This document shows positions 1 to 11,300 of a stretch of DNA of 53,153 nt, piece by piece. Under the pieces are notes generated by a model. That model was not told the origin of the DNA. It was given only the letters and a program-made list of their open reading frames with translations, and did no database searches. Position numbers and translations under genes: made by a program. The DNA comes from Octopus bimaculoides (taxonomy: Eukaryota). Location: contig NC_068993.1 of assembly GCF_001194135.2 (NCBI RefSeq), positions 30,093,465 to 30,146,617 of the forward strand. Direction: 5' to 3'. Every line of letters begins with the position of its first letter. Positions within the stretch are counted from its first letter, which is position 1.

Positions 1-70
1 TACATAGATATACATATACACATATATATACAAACATATATATATATATATATACAAATATATGTATATG

Positions 71-138
<68 letters not shown>

Positions 139-140
139 AA
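1..140. repeat. (TA)n/(CA)n microsatellite
   Basis: Pure (CA)n run at about 74-125 flanked by TA-rich dinucleotide repeats. Similar TA, CA, TATG, CTA and GA tracts recur throughout the window and flank nearly every N-gap. Confidence 0.95.
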
Positions 141-164
141 AACGCAACAGGATATCCAGAAGTG

Positions 165-252
165 ATGCAGTACGACCGTTTCAAGCGGTTCCATTTAATT
201 CAACAATGCAATTATTACATCAATTTAAATGCAGAGCTCTCTTCAGATGCAT
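165..252 (-). ncRNA. Type I hammerhead ribozyme motif, intact core, long stem II
   Basis: Minus strand reads AUGCAU-CUGAAGA-GAGC...(CAUUUAA/UUAAAUG)...GCUU-GAAA-CG-gu-C-GUA-CUGCAU. Stem I has 5 bp plus a U-C mismatch; stem III is ACG/CGU; triplet GUA; predicted cleavage between 171 and 170. Confidence 0.75.
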
Positions 253-435
253 AAATAAATAAATAGAATTAATTTAGTAAGTTGGACACATTTATATAAT
301 ATTACGTAAGTCCTCTAAGAGTGTAAGAAGACAAAGTCAATGCTGTTTTCACGGATTTTGTCATCTTACCCTCTTAGAGGATTTAAGTAAAATTATACAA
401 ATGTGACCGTCTGACTAAATTAATTTTATTTATTT

Positions 436-523
436 ATACAGCTGAGGATAGCTCTGCATTTAAACTATTGTAATTATTGCATTGTTCAATCAAATGGAGC
501 CACGTGAAACGATTGTACTGCAT
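436..523 (+). ncRNA. Type I hammerhead ribozyme motif, base of stem II disrupted
   Basis: AUACAG-CUGAGGA(442-448)-...-GAAA(506-509)-C-gauu-GUA(515-517)-CUGCAU. Core is present but pair 10.1/11.1 is U-U. Confidence 0.55.
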
Positions 524-652
524 CACCTCTGTATAACCTGTTGCATATTTTGATTTTATTCACCTTATTTTGAAGTTGTACGGATAATACCGCAGTAATG
601 TTTGGTGCCTCAACTTAAGTACCGAATTCATCTGAATCTCAATTATTTTGCT

Positions 653-686
<34 letters not shown>

Positions 687-1501
687 NNNNNNNNNNNNNN
701 NNNNNNNNNNNNNNNNNNNNNNNNNNNNNNNNNNNNNNNNNNNNNNNNNNNNNNNNNNNNNNNNNNNNNNNNNNNNNNNNNNNNNNNNNNNNNNNNNNNN
801 NNNNNNNNNNNNNNNNNNNNNNNNNNNNNNNNNNNNNNNNNNNNNNNNNNNNNNNNNNNNNNNNNNNNNNNNNNNNNNNNNNNNNNNNNNNNNNNNNNNN
901 NNNNNNNNNNNNNNNNNNNNNNNNNNNNNNNNNNNNNNNNNNNNNNNNNNNNNNNNNNNNNNNNNNNNNNNNNNNNNNNNNNNNNNNNNNNNNNNNNNNN
1001 NNNNNNNNNNNNNNNNNNNNNNNNNNNNNNNNNNNNNNNNNNNNNNNNNNNNNNNNNNNNNNNNNNNNNNNNNNNNNNNNNNNNNNNNNNNNNNNNNNNN
1101 NNNNNNNNNNNNNNNNNNNNNNNNNNNNNNNNNNNNNNNNNNNNNNNNNNNNNNNNNNNNNNNNNNNNNNNNNNNNNNNNNNNNNNNNNNNNNNNNNNNN
1201 NNNNNNNNNNNNNNNNNNNNNNNNNNNNNNNNNNNNNNNNNNNNNNNNNNNNNNNNNNNNNNNNNNNNNNNNNNNNNNNNNNNNNNNNNNNNNNNNNNNN
1301 NNNNNNNNNNNNNNNNNNNNNNNNNNNNNNNNNNNNNNNNNNNNNNNNNNNNNNNNNNNNNNNNNNNNNNNNNNNNNNNNNNNNNNNNNNNNNNNNNNNN
1401 NNNNNNNNNNNNNNNNNNNNNNNNNNNNNNNNNNNNNNNNNNNNNNNNNNNNNNNNNNNNNNNNNNNNNNNNNNNNNNNNNNNNNNNNNNNNNNNNNNNN
1501 N

Positions 1502-2800
1502 CTTCCCAGTGATGATGGCAGGTTTTATACCAGACATGACCGTAATAGCAATAAGAACAATAAAGATATGATCTGGCTAATCATTCCCTACAACATGAAT
1601 CTCAAATCTAACATAGTCCGCTCACTAATGAACATAATAGATAAACATCTCAATGTAAACAATAAATACGCAGAAATATTTAAGAACAAAATAAGAATAG
1701 GCCACAGCCTGACATGCAACTTAGCTACCATAATAGCATCTATTAATAATAATAAATTAGACGCATTCTATACAGCTAGAAACACCACGAACAACCAAAC
1801 CAACAACCCTCCAACTAATAGAACTAACTCCAATCCTAATCCAACACCCCTTACTAGGAGAGACGCACACCAAAAAAAACAAAAAAACAATAGGGCCATA
1901 CAACAACACACAGGCATAGACACCCCTTACAACCTATGTAGCTGTAGAGATAGGAATAAATATAATTTCTCCAATAGATGTAAAACCGAAAATATAGTTT
2001 ACCAATGCGACGTACACACAAACAGCCATATTAGATCTTACATTGGAAAGACGAAAAACCAAATACGCCTCAGATATAATGAGCACCTATCTAGCTTTAG
2101 AAATAGAAATAAGGCAAATTCAACAGGACTTAGTAGGTATATCTGGGAACTAAACGACAGTAAGATAGAATATAAACTAAAGTGGCACATACTAAAAGTA
2201 GCTAATTCCTATAACCTGTGACCTCTGTCTAACTGAACGCCTCAAAATCCTAACGGTTAGGAATGACCTTTTAAACAGGAGATATGAATGTAGTCAAATT
2301 TGTCTTCACGCTAATAAATACTCATTTTCTAAGTATAATTAAATATGTAATACATTCCACTTCCTAAGTATAATTAAATATGTAAAAAAGATTTTTCCTT
2401 TTCTAAGTATAATTGATTATAATTAAATAGTAAAAAGACCAGAGTTAGCCCCCTTTTCATCTAAATTTAAGGTTGCTCCCCTTTACTAACACCGCCGGTG
2501 CTAAAAATATACGACACATACCTCAATTCTAACAACATCACGTGGATATGCATCTGATTAAAACCAGAATTATGAGCTTAAATAGCACCCATCCGACATC
2601 CCCCTCCAGGAAGACCAACACAACTTCAACTAAAACGTAAGGCTTTCTTTACCTAAAACTATTATTATACCACCATATGCATTAATATATCCACTAATTG
2701 TTCCTCCTACATCTCTCACACCATGAACTCTTAACATACTCCTCAACATTCTGAAGAGATCTGCCAAACCATTTGGCAAATTGAAACGTGCGTAAATGAC
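1502..2800 (+). mobile_element. Penelope-like retroelement 3' part: RT-EN linker, C-terminal GIY-YIG endonuclease, pLTR with HHR
   Basis: ORF after the gap reads WLIIPYNMNLKSNIVRSL...CSCRDRN...C..ENIVYQC...SYIGKTKNQIRLRYNEHLSSF...TGLSRYIWEL...WHILKVANSY. After a frameshift near 2215 it continues CDLCLTERLKIL...LLNRRYE...CLH..KY to a stop near 2340. The CxC linker and terminal CxxC...CxH suggest a Hydra-like clade (tentative). Confidence 0.9.
2747..2798 (+). ncRNA. Minimal type I hammerhead ribozyme, intact core
   Basis: CAUU-CUGAAGA(2751-2757)-GAUCUGCCAAA-cca-UUUGGCAAAUU-GAAA(2783-2786)-CG-ug-C-GUA-AAUG. Stem I is CAUU/AAUG, stem II has 10 of 11 pairs, stem III is ACG/CGU; predicted cleavage after 2794. 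Confidence 0.85.
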
Positions 2801-3133
2801 TCATTATATAATCTCCACATAATTAAAACAATGGCTAACTAGCCCAACTGAATTGCTTCTTCTTGTGTTTGTTTCTCCATGCTCCACATAACTATAATTA
2901 TAAACTGCGGTTTAAACAATAAATTACCTGCCTCTGGATACCCTCTAACGAAGACGGTACCCACACAAGTAATTCCCAGGAGTGCCTCCGGATTTAAACA
3001 TCCCCTGGTTGCTTGGATACTTCAGACGACCCCTGAAAAATTGAAGCAATCCTATCATTTACCTATATACAAATATATATACATTTATGTATATATATAC
3101 ATACATATACACACATATATATGTATATATACT

Positions 3134-3175
<42 letters not shown>

Positions 3176-3494
3176 GGAGCACTCTGTCGGTTACAACGAC
3201 GCGGGTCCCACCTAATACGATCAACGGAACAGCTTGCTCGTGAAATTAACGTAGAAGTGGCTGGGCTCTCCACAGTCACGTGTACCCTTAACGTAGTTTT
3301 CAGGGAGAATCAACGTGACACAGAATGTGACAAGGCTGGCCCTATGAAATACAGGTACTGCTCATTTTTGCCAACAGTGTTTACTGGAGCAGCGTGAAAT
3401 AAAGTGTCTTGCTGAAGGTCATAACGCGTCGCCAGTAATTCAACTCAGGACCTTGCGACCGTGAGATGAATACCCTAACCACGAAACCAGGCGC
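3176..3494 (-). mobile_element. tRNA-headed SINE, same family as 42791-43085
   Basis: Reverse complement starts GTGGTTAGGGTATTC...GAGTTGAATT (A/B-box-like) and aligns along its length with 42791-43085 (GGGCCA..CTTGTCACATT..GTGTCA, TACGTTAAG.GTAC, GTAACCGAC.GAGTGC). Confidence 0.8.
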
Positions 3495-3502
3495 ATTCAC
3501 AA

Positions 3503-3621
3503 TAACATCTCTATTAATACTTTCACTATTATATGGTTTCAATGTCAATTACTTTCATTATGTATCTATATATATTAGTTTCATTGCTATTACTTTCAAT
3601 ATGTATTTACGTACATGTTTG

Positions 3622-3654
<33 letters not shown>

Positions 3655-3700
3655 GTATGTGTATATATTTATATCTTTGTATATATATATATATATATAT
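3503..3700. repeat. Left arm of an inverted repeat whose right arm is 8335-8490; probable PLE pLTR end
   Basis: ACATCTCTATTAATACTTTCA...TTACTTTCATTATGTATCTATATATATTAGTTT...TTACTTTCAATATGTAT...ATCTTTGT is the reverse complement of 8335-8490. Confidence 0.75.
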
Positions 3701-4038
3701 ATANNNNNNNNNNNNNNNNNNNNNNNNNNNNNNNNNNNNNNNNNNNNNNNNNNNNNNNNNNNNNNNNNNNNNNNNNNNNNNNNNNNNNNNNNATAAAAAT
3801 AAATACAAAAAAAGGGTTTTGTATGATCGTGTATAAAGGAATATATTATTTTATTTAAAAGAGTTCCAACTCTGTTTTTTATGTTTTATTTATATTCTTG
3901 TAAAATTAATGTGGGGTATAGAATATGGAATATATAATATATAATATGAAAATAAATGGTAAAATGAAATGAAGTATTGAATGTCTTATTGAATATATGA
4001 AATATTGAGTATTCAATATAAAGAATTAAATATATAAA

Positions 4039-4080
4039 GGCTAATACGTATTTTCATGCCTAATGGCATTCATCAAGGCC
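4039..4080 (-). ncRNA. Degenerate short-stem hammerhead motif
   Basis: Minus strand reads GGC-CUUGAUGA-AUGCC-auua-GGCAU-GAAA-AUACGUAU-UA-GCC. Stem II is perfect and stem III palindromic, but the core has one extra U. Confidence 0.55.
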
Positions 4081-4169
4081 TCATCTGACAGACTGTAACT
4101 CTTACTTTCTTCATATTTATATTATCTATATTCTTATTTACATTTGAAAATCACATGTACTTTGTTTTC

Positions 4170-7100
4170 TATGGATGAATGAGCTACTCGTCGTCGGTCA
4201 CCGGAGTGATATTTTATCACTTTATAGAGTGTCTGAGTGTCAGTTTGGTGTCTGGAATAAGATAGCTTACCTCATGGGTAGGTAGAAGCTCTGTAACCTT
4301 GGTTAGTAACATATCTAGTAGGAGGAAATCTCCGAAATAAAACCTGGGGCCTTAGAAGTTCCTGGTTTTGTCAATTTTGATGTCATACCGGCGAAAGTCT
4401 TCTTGGGGCAATAGGTGGGGGTAATGCAGTGTAATCTACACCCACTGAAAACTATGTATCTGCACAGGTACTTCCTGTACACCAAATCTTAGTAAAATCA
4501 TTTAATTGGTCGGTTGGCAGAAACCTAAAAATGCACTTGTAACTTATTCTAAAATGTCTCAAACAATTTCAGTAAATGGCAAAATAGGCTTGGGAACGTC
4601 AGGGGAACAGGTCTGGCTCGGCAAGTGTCCCAGTGTATCACAGGCTGGGCCCGGTCGTCATCCTGTCACTGTAGTCAAACAATCTTCAAGAAGAAGTAAA
4701 AATAAACATCCTTTGAATTTTGGCTGTTTGAATGTGCGCACACTTCTTGATGATAATTTCAACAAGAGGCCAGAATGGCGTACTGCACTTGTTGCTTGTG
4801 AGCTTAAAAAATATTCCCTTGATATAGTTGCACTCTCTGAATCTCGTCTCCCTGATGAGGGTCAAGTAAATGAACCTACTTATGGATATACTATCTTTTG
4901 GGGAGAACTACCTAAGGGTCACCGTAGAGAATCTGGTGTTGGGTTTGCTCTCAAGAATTCATTCGTATCCTCCATTGCAGAGCTTCCAAGTGGTATATCT
5001 GAATGGATCATGTCATACTATATTAAACTGACAAAAGGTAGGTTTCTTACCGTTGTCAGTATTTATGCACCAACAATGTCCCATTCTGATGAAATTGTAG
5101 GACAGTTTTATCTAGCAAAATTATTGAGGAAAGTACCAATTTCTGACAAGCTGGTCATATTGGGAGATTTCAATGCAAGAGTTGGAAAGGACTACATTTC
5201 ATGGCCTGTTTTAGGTCAACACGGGATTGGAAAATGTAATAAAAATGGAGTAGCTCTTTTGACATTTTGTACTGAGAATAGTCTGGTTGTCACCAACATT
5301 CTGTTTAAGCCGAAAAATAAACATAAAACCACCTGGATGCACCCAAGATCTAAGCACTGGCATCTCATAGATTATATTCTGATCAAAAAACGTGATATGA
5401 AAGACGTTTTTAGATTTCGAGCCATGAGGTGGGCAGAGAGCTGGACTGACCATCATCCAGTGCGTGGAAAAATAGAGTTTTCGATAATGCCCAAAAATCA
5501 ACAATTTGGTCCTAAGGTACCCAAAAAGTTAAATGTTGTAAGCTTTAAATTATCAAGCAACTTGCAAAGATTCCACGATGCTATAGAAAGTATCAATCTC
5601 GACCCAAACAATCTATGGGAAGATTTCAAAACAAAGGTATTTCAGGCTGCAAGTTCATCAGTGGGATTTAAATCACATAAGTCCAGTGACTGGTTTTCAG
5701 ATAGATCAGAAGAAATTCATGATCTCCTTTTAGAAAAACAAAACTTAGGCAATACACCTCTCTCTCAGTCCTTGAACCCGAACTCAAACAAAGCTTACAG
5801 AAAGCTGAAACGAAAAGTGCAGACTGCTCTGAGGAAAATTAAACAGGAATGGTGGAATGATAGAGCAAAAGGGGCACAAGAAGCACCTGAAATGATGCCA
5901 AGGGTTTGTGCTCTTATGTTAAGGAGGTATATGGCCCAAATCTTTTTCAATAGCTCCAGTGAGAACAACAAATGCACGTTTGATTCTGACTGACACTGAT
6001 TCTATTCATAAGCGATGGGTAGAACATTTTTCTGCACTTTTGAATAGACCATCATCCGCTGACATGAGGACGATAGAAGAAATCGAACAACTTCCAGTTA
6101 TAGGAGAGCTGGCATTTGAACCAACTATAAATGACATCTATTTAGCTGTGAATTAGCTGAATAACAATAAGTCTCCAAGGTCTGATGGAATCTGTGCAGA
6201 AGTCTTGAAATATGGAGGTGACAAAATGTTTGAACTTTTAAATATATTAATTTGTCACTGTTAGAGAACTGACGGAGTGCCTCAAGACTGGATTCATGAC
6301 ATTTTAGTCTCCATGTATAAATCGGAGCCAAAGGATCTGTGTGGTAATTTTCGTGGGATTTCGCTTTTGTCTGTAGTTGGAAAGGTACATGCCCGCATTT
6401 TGTTAGAACGTTTAAATACCTTTATAGTTCCAAATATAGAGTCTGAATCCCAGTGTGGTTTTCGTTCCTCCAGGGACACAGCTGATTGTATCTTTACTGT
6501 CAGACAATTACAAGAAAAGTACATTTAACAGAATCTTGCTCTATACCATTGCTTTGTTGATTTGAACAAAGTATTCGATACTGTTAATCGAAATGCACTG
6601 TGGCTAATTCTAACGAAAATAGGTTGCCCAGAAAAATTTGTAAACGTGATGAGGGCTTTGCATCAAAATATGAAAGCTAGAGTTAACTTTGGTGGTAGGT
6701 TCTCTGAATCTTTTGCCGTGGAAAATGGAGTAAAGCAAGGAGACCTTGACGCACCCACCCTCTTTGCAATATACTTTGTTGTTATGCTGTCACATGCTTT
6801 GAGGAAGGTATTTATGTAAAATATCGAACAACAAGGAATGTTTTTAATCTGACCAGACTGAAATTCAAAACGAAGGTCTTTACTTCACTCATTAGGGAAC
6901 TCTTATATGCTGACGATTGCGATCTAGTCAGTCATTCTGAAACAGGTCTGTAATCTCTTCTATCTGCATTTGACTCAGCTTCTGATGGTTTGGCTTGACC
7001 ATCAACTTGAAAAAAAAAAAGCAGTTATAATGCATCAACCTGCGTATGGTACTGTTTGTAACCCCACTAAAATTTTTGTTATGGGTATGTTACTTGCGGT

Positions 7101-8160
7101 TGTCGATTCGTTCATCTACCTTGGAAGCTCTGTTCAAAATGATGGAAATCTTGATACAGAAATACAGCTGTGAATTCAAAGGGCTGCAAAAGCATTTGGT
7201 GGATTGGAATCACGTGTTTGGTGTCAGCGACATATAAGTAAGAATACGAAGCTGGCTCTTTACAAATCATTTGTCTCATCATCTCTGTTGTATTCCTGTG
7301 AAATGGACGTTTTATGAAAGTCATTTTAAATTGTTAGAACAATTCCACCAAAAATGCCTTCATCGCATTTTAAAAATTAAATGGACTTTTTTTTTTACTC
7401 CAAACACGGATGTCCTTCCNNNNNNNNNNAAATTAAATGGACTTTTTTTTTTACTCCAAACACGGATGTCCTTCCATCTGCAGACATCACCTCAATTAAA
7501 GCTATGATTTTGAGGAACCAAATGAGATAGTCTGGCCATATTGTTTGAATGGCAGATGAACGCATGTCAAAACAGTTGTTTTATGGTGAGCTCGCAGACA
7601 GGAAGCGCTATTGGCGTAAAGCTAAAAAAAAAAAAAAGGTTTAAGGACGGCATAAGGACTGCTATGAAGTCACTTGGAATGGATCCCTTATTTCGGATCG
7701 AGTTGGATGGCGAACAACAGTGTGGAGTGGAGTGAAAGCATTTGAAGATGCCAGGATAACGCAGGTAAACTCAAAAGAGATCTAAGGAAGAATGTAACGG
7801 TCGAGAAGGTGAATGACGATGACCTTTTTCTTGTGTGCACAGTCTGTGACAGACCATGCCTTTTCTTTAATGGGCTCAAATCTCATCTGCGAACCCATGG
7901 AAAACGAACCTCCACCAACTATTTTGCCTATATGTCTGTGCACACCTTTGAATGCTGTGTATGCCAGAAGGTTTGCAAATCCGACGGAGACCTCAAAAGA
8001 CATTTTAAGATCCACAAAGATGAGAACTTGTCTGCAGCTCTTGGTTGTCCAAATCTGATGTGCAATCTCTGTGGGTGTCTTTTCAGAATATTGTTGCCAT
8101 GATGGTGCTAAGGTGTAGGTACAGGAGGTGATCAAACTTCGCAGAAGGAGTAGAAAACTA
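4170..8160 (+). mobile_element. RTE-clade LINE, apparently full length, inactivated (EN + RT + three C2H2 fingers)
   Basis: APE endonuclease motifs LNFGCLNVRTL, DIVALSESR, YAPT, LGDFNARVG, WHLIDYIL, WTDH. RT motifs KSPRSDGI, ESQCGFRSSR, KQGDLDAPTLF, YADD. C-terminal C-x2-C-x12-H-x3-H fingers. Several stops and frameshifts. Confidence 0.95.
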
Positions 8161-8213
8161 CCATATATACATATATATATACATACATATGTATACATAC
8201 ATACATACATATA

Positions 8214-8255
<42 letters not shown>

Positions 8256-8291
8256 NNNNNNNNNNNNNNNNNNNNNNNNNNNNNNNNNNNN

Positions 8292-8334
<43 letters not shown>

Positions 8335-8346
<12 letters not shown>

Positions 8347-8490
8347 AAGATCTAATTATATACATATACATACATGTATATAGATACATATTGAAAGTAA
8401 TAGAAATAAAACTAATATATATAGATACATAATGAAAGTAAATGCAATTGAAACCACATAATAATGAAAGTATGAATAGAGGTGTTGTTT
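8335..8490. repeat. Right arm of the inverted repeat pairing with 3503-3700
   Basis: Reverse-complement match to 3503-3700. Confidence 0.75.
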
Positions 8491-8921
8491 CACTTTTGAC
8501 ACAATACGGAAACAGTGTAAGAGATAAGAGACTGCTTCGGGCTCGCATGAGACAAGAAGTTGAAAATTTGCTTGGCCTTTGACGCTGCATGGACCCTAAG
8601 TAAGGCATGTGCAAATTTGAATGAAATCCTTTGGGTAGTTCTCGAGCTTTAGTGATTAGTGATGCACACATACAGACACAGACATAGAATCACACATTCT
8701 CAGCTTTATATATATAGATTTACTGATTTAGTGTTCCTTTTAAATAAATTTTTAATTGGTCTCATTATAGATTGGGAAAAGTTTTTATTCTCACTCCTTC
8801 TTTGTATAATTGGTCCACTCTCACCTACACTTCTTTGTAAAGTTCATGTTCAACATTTCATTGCATTGTACAGAACATTTCATTGTTCTGTAACCTCCGA
8901 GACCTTGTGGTTAATAAAAGT

Positions 8922-8953
<32 letters not shown>

Positions 8954-9059
8954 TTACTACTACTACTACTACTATTACTACTACTACTACTCCAGCAACC
9001 TGTTTTTGCATGACTTTACTACATACATATTCCACTTGCTTTGACTTCTGCAGTATTTT

Positions 9060-9300
9060 GTTATTTAGTTATGTCATTTTTTCGCATGGATTAAGTCTAT
9101 TCTCCAATACAAATAACCAATAACTTTATTTTCTGTGTCGTTGTCGATGCGTTTAAATCCTCTGGGTTTAAGGTTATCTGTATCTTCTATCATTTCATCA
9201 TTTCCCAAGGTGTTTTTGCCATTGTAGCTAATCCTCAAATACTGGCTATCTCTATATCTAAGACTAATATATGTAAACCATTTATTCTCCATTTATTTCG
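9060..9300 (-). mobile_element. Possible PLE GIY-YIG C-terminal remnant
   Basis: One frame reads ...WEMMK**KIQITLNPEDLNAS, resembling the E..WI.KL.TL.P.GLN end of PLE endonucleases. Heavily decayed. Confidence 0.35.
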
Positions 9301-9522
9301 CATATAGTGAAATGTATTTCTTCACAGGAAATATCTCTTTTCATAGTGACAAAGTTCAGCCTACTTAACAGCAAATTATCATTTCCATGAAAGTACCATT
9401 ATTATTACTCTGTAGTACCAAACGTTCGGTTCATTCTTCTACTCAAATACTCACTCATATACAGGTGGCGAGGAACAGCTTCATGCGTTATATTCTCATA
9501 CCTCCTGTCAGAACGATGTATC

Positions 9523-9561
<39 letters not shown>

Positions 9562-10929
9562 ATCTCTCTGTCTATATGCAGTCTATTCATTAATACAAAC
9601 GCACACATTATATATATTACAGTTAAACAGGCCTTGATAAAAATACATGTTACTTCACAAAGATNNNNNNNNNNNNNNNNNNNNNNNNNNNNNNNNNNNN
9701 NNNNNNNNNNNNNNNNNNNNNNNNNNNNNNNNNNNNNNNNNNNNNNNNNNNNNNNNNNNNNNNNNNNNNNNNNNNNNNNNNNNNNNNNNNNNNNNNNNNN
9801 NNNNNNNNNNNNNNNNNNNNNNNNNNNNNNNNNNNNNNNNNNNNNNNNNNNNNNNNNNNNNNNNNNNNNNNNNNNNNNNNNNNNNNNNNNNNNNNNNNNN
9901 NNNNNNNNNATATATATATATATATATATAAAACAAGAATGAGGCTTCAAAGAATCAAACAGAGCCCTGCGTAAGCTCAAGCATGGGGCGTGGCTATCGA
10001 GAAAAACAGTGACTATGGTTAGGATAACCTCACCGTCGTTCTGAAAATTCAGGAATCGCAATGGTGGAGAGTAGAGTATGCATAATCAGTATTAATAACA
10101 GAAACGACGCTATATCATCCGTCACGCATATATAGATATATAAATATACATCCATAGATATAATTGTGCTGTAACATAACGATAAAACTATACATCAGAA
10201 CATTTCACGGCAAGTCAAAATACCAGACTCTGCTATAAAAGCACATATCGTTTCCGTTTGTAGTAGTCACAGGCAATAGATGCCTTCAGAAGACTTCACC
10301 TTTCATAAATACTACAATTACCATATATGGAGTGTACCAAGAGAGTTAGGATAAGTAAACAGAAATTAAGATAAAATACAGTAAAATATAAAAAATATGA
10401 ATAAAATAAGAAAAAAGAAGTTTATCGTAAAAATTTGCTTTCTTAAGACTTGGTTGATCATCCCACAGTATCTAAATGAATAAATGTTATGATGAAATAT
10501 AAAATAGACAAATTCATAGGATAAAATGAATGGAGTAAAATTAATAGCAGTTAAAGATAAAGATAGGAAGCTTGGTTTGGTAAGGACGATGTTATTTGTT
10601 TTAATAAAGGTACTTAGTTGCTTAGCAGTGCGACCAAAAGTATTGGAATTTCAGGCAGAACTGATTTAGAGGCACGGATATGTCATTCTTAGACCATTGA
10701 TAACGGCATCAACTTGCACATACACCTCATACGAAATTTTTAAGATACATTCATTCACATTCAAACACACTTGTCCACACACACGAAATATTTATACTAA
10801 AATTGTAACTTCTTAAGTAGTAGAATGTCACTATGTGAACTTCTAGAATCAACTATGTTGGAAGTATTTGAACCAGTTTACAATGTGAAATAAACTTTTA
10901 TCTCCTCCCAACTCTACTCGCAACCGCGT

Positions 10930-11300
10930 GGTCACATGGGGTGTAAATATCATAATACCTACCCTTGGACAAAGTGGGGAATTCTCTCTGATCGACAGAG
11001 ACACCTACGACGAGGCTGTGGTACCCCACCTATCCCAGGATGATATCTACACCCAATGAGAATACGCGATTGCAAATAGGGTGCAGAATCAATGCACCAA
11101 CTTGTGGAAGAGGGTATCCAGAATCATGCAACTTAGTATGCATACATATAAAAGCTTTCGAGTATACCACTCCTTCATAATACGGTTTTACTACCTAATT
11201 AAAACATACAAGGACACAAGTGACCTAATGCAGCTCAAAGTATGCCCGATCATCGCCAGCACAAACTCGCCACGCCAAAAAAACAACTTTACCTTAGAGC
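10930..11300 (+). mobile_element. PLE reverse transcriptase N-terminal fragment
   Basis: ..GEFSLIDRDTYDE (cf. ADKG..VV.MD..Y) and RFYYLIKTYK...LKVCPIIASTNSP (cf. FY.LPK.HK...RPIVS...SP). Confidence 0.7.

Larger units (their letters stand above)
144..544. repeat. Imperfect inverted repeat (foldback), arms about 144-335 and 357-544; probable head-to-head PLE pseudo-LTR pair
   Basis: GCAACAGG...GATGCAGTAC...AAATGCAGAGCT...CCTCTAAGAG...GACAAA on the left is mirrored by TTTGTC...CTCTTAGAGG...AGCTCTGCATTT...GTACTGCATC...CCTGTTGC on the right. Each arm carries a hammerhead motif. Confidence 0.85.

Noticed and set aside
560-1571. Long ORFs such as 560-1537, 602-2221 and 648-1571, and similar ones at 9552, 16815-18483, 33715 and 38469-39459
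   Set aside because: They are open only because they run through N-gaps and stop-free dinucleotide repeats. Only the post-gap part of 602-2221 is real (PLE).
2219-2221. In-frame TGA near the Cys-rich end of the PLE EN as a possible selenocysteine codon (known in some Naiad PLEs)
   Set aside because: The conserved CDLCLTE continuation is in another frame (TGT GAC CTC TGT), so this is a deletion frameshift, not read-through. The EN is also C-terminal, unlike Naiads.
5211-7324. Antisense and alternate-frame ORFs overlapping the LINEs (also 32036-32435, 47640-48813)
   Set aside because: Short shadows of TE coding sequence with no independent features.
7372-7480. Tandem duplication inside the RTE RT
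   Set aside because: Near-identical copies flank a 10-N gap, typical of an unmerged contig overlap.
8516-8582. Possible terminal exon VRDKRLLRARMRQEVENLLGL*
   Set aside because: Weak acceptor, very short, no recognisable family and no partner exon.
10235-10295. Hammerhead-like CTGAAGG...GAAACGATATGTG on the minus strand
   Set aside because: A9 is mutated, the GUG triplet is non-cleavable and there is no stem I. At most a fossil.
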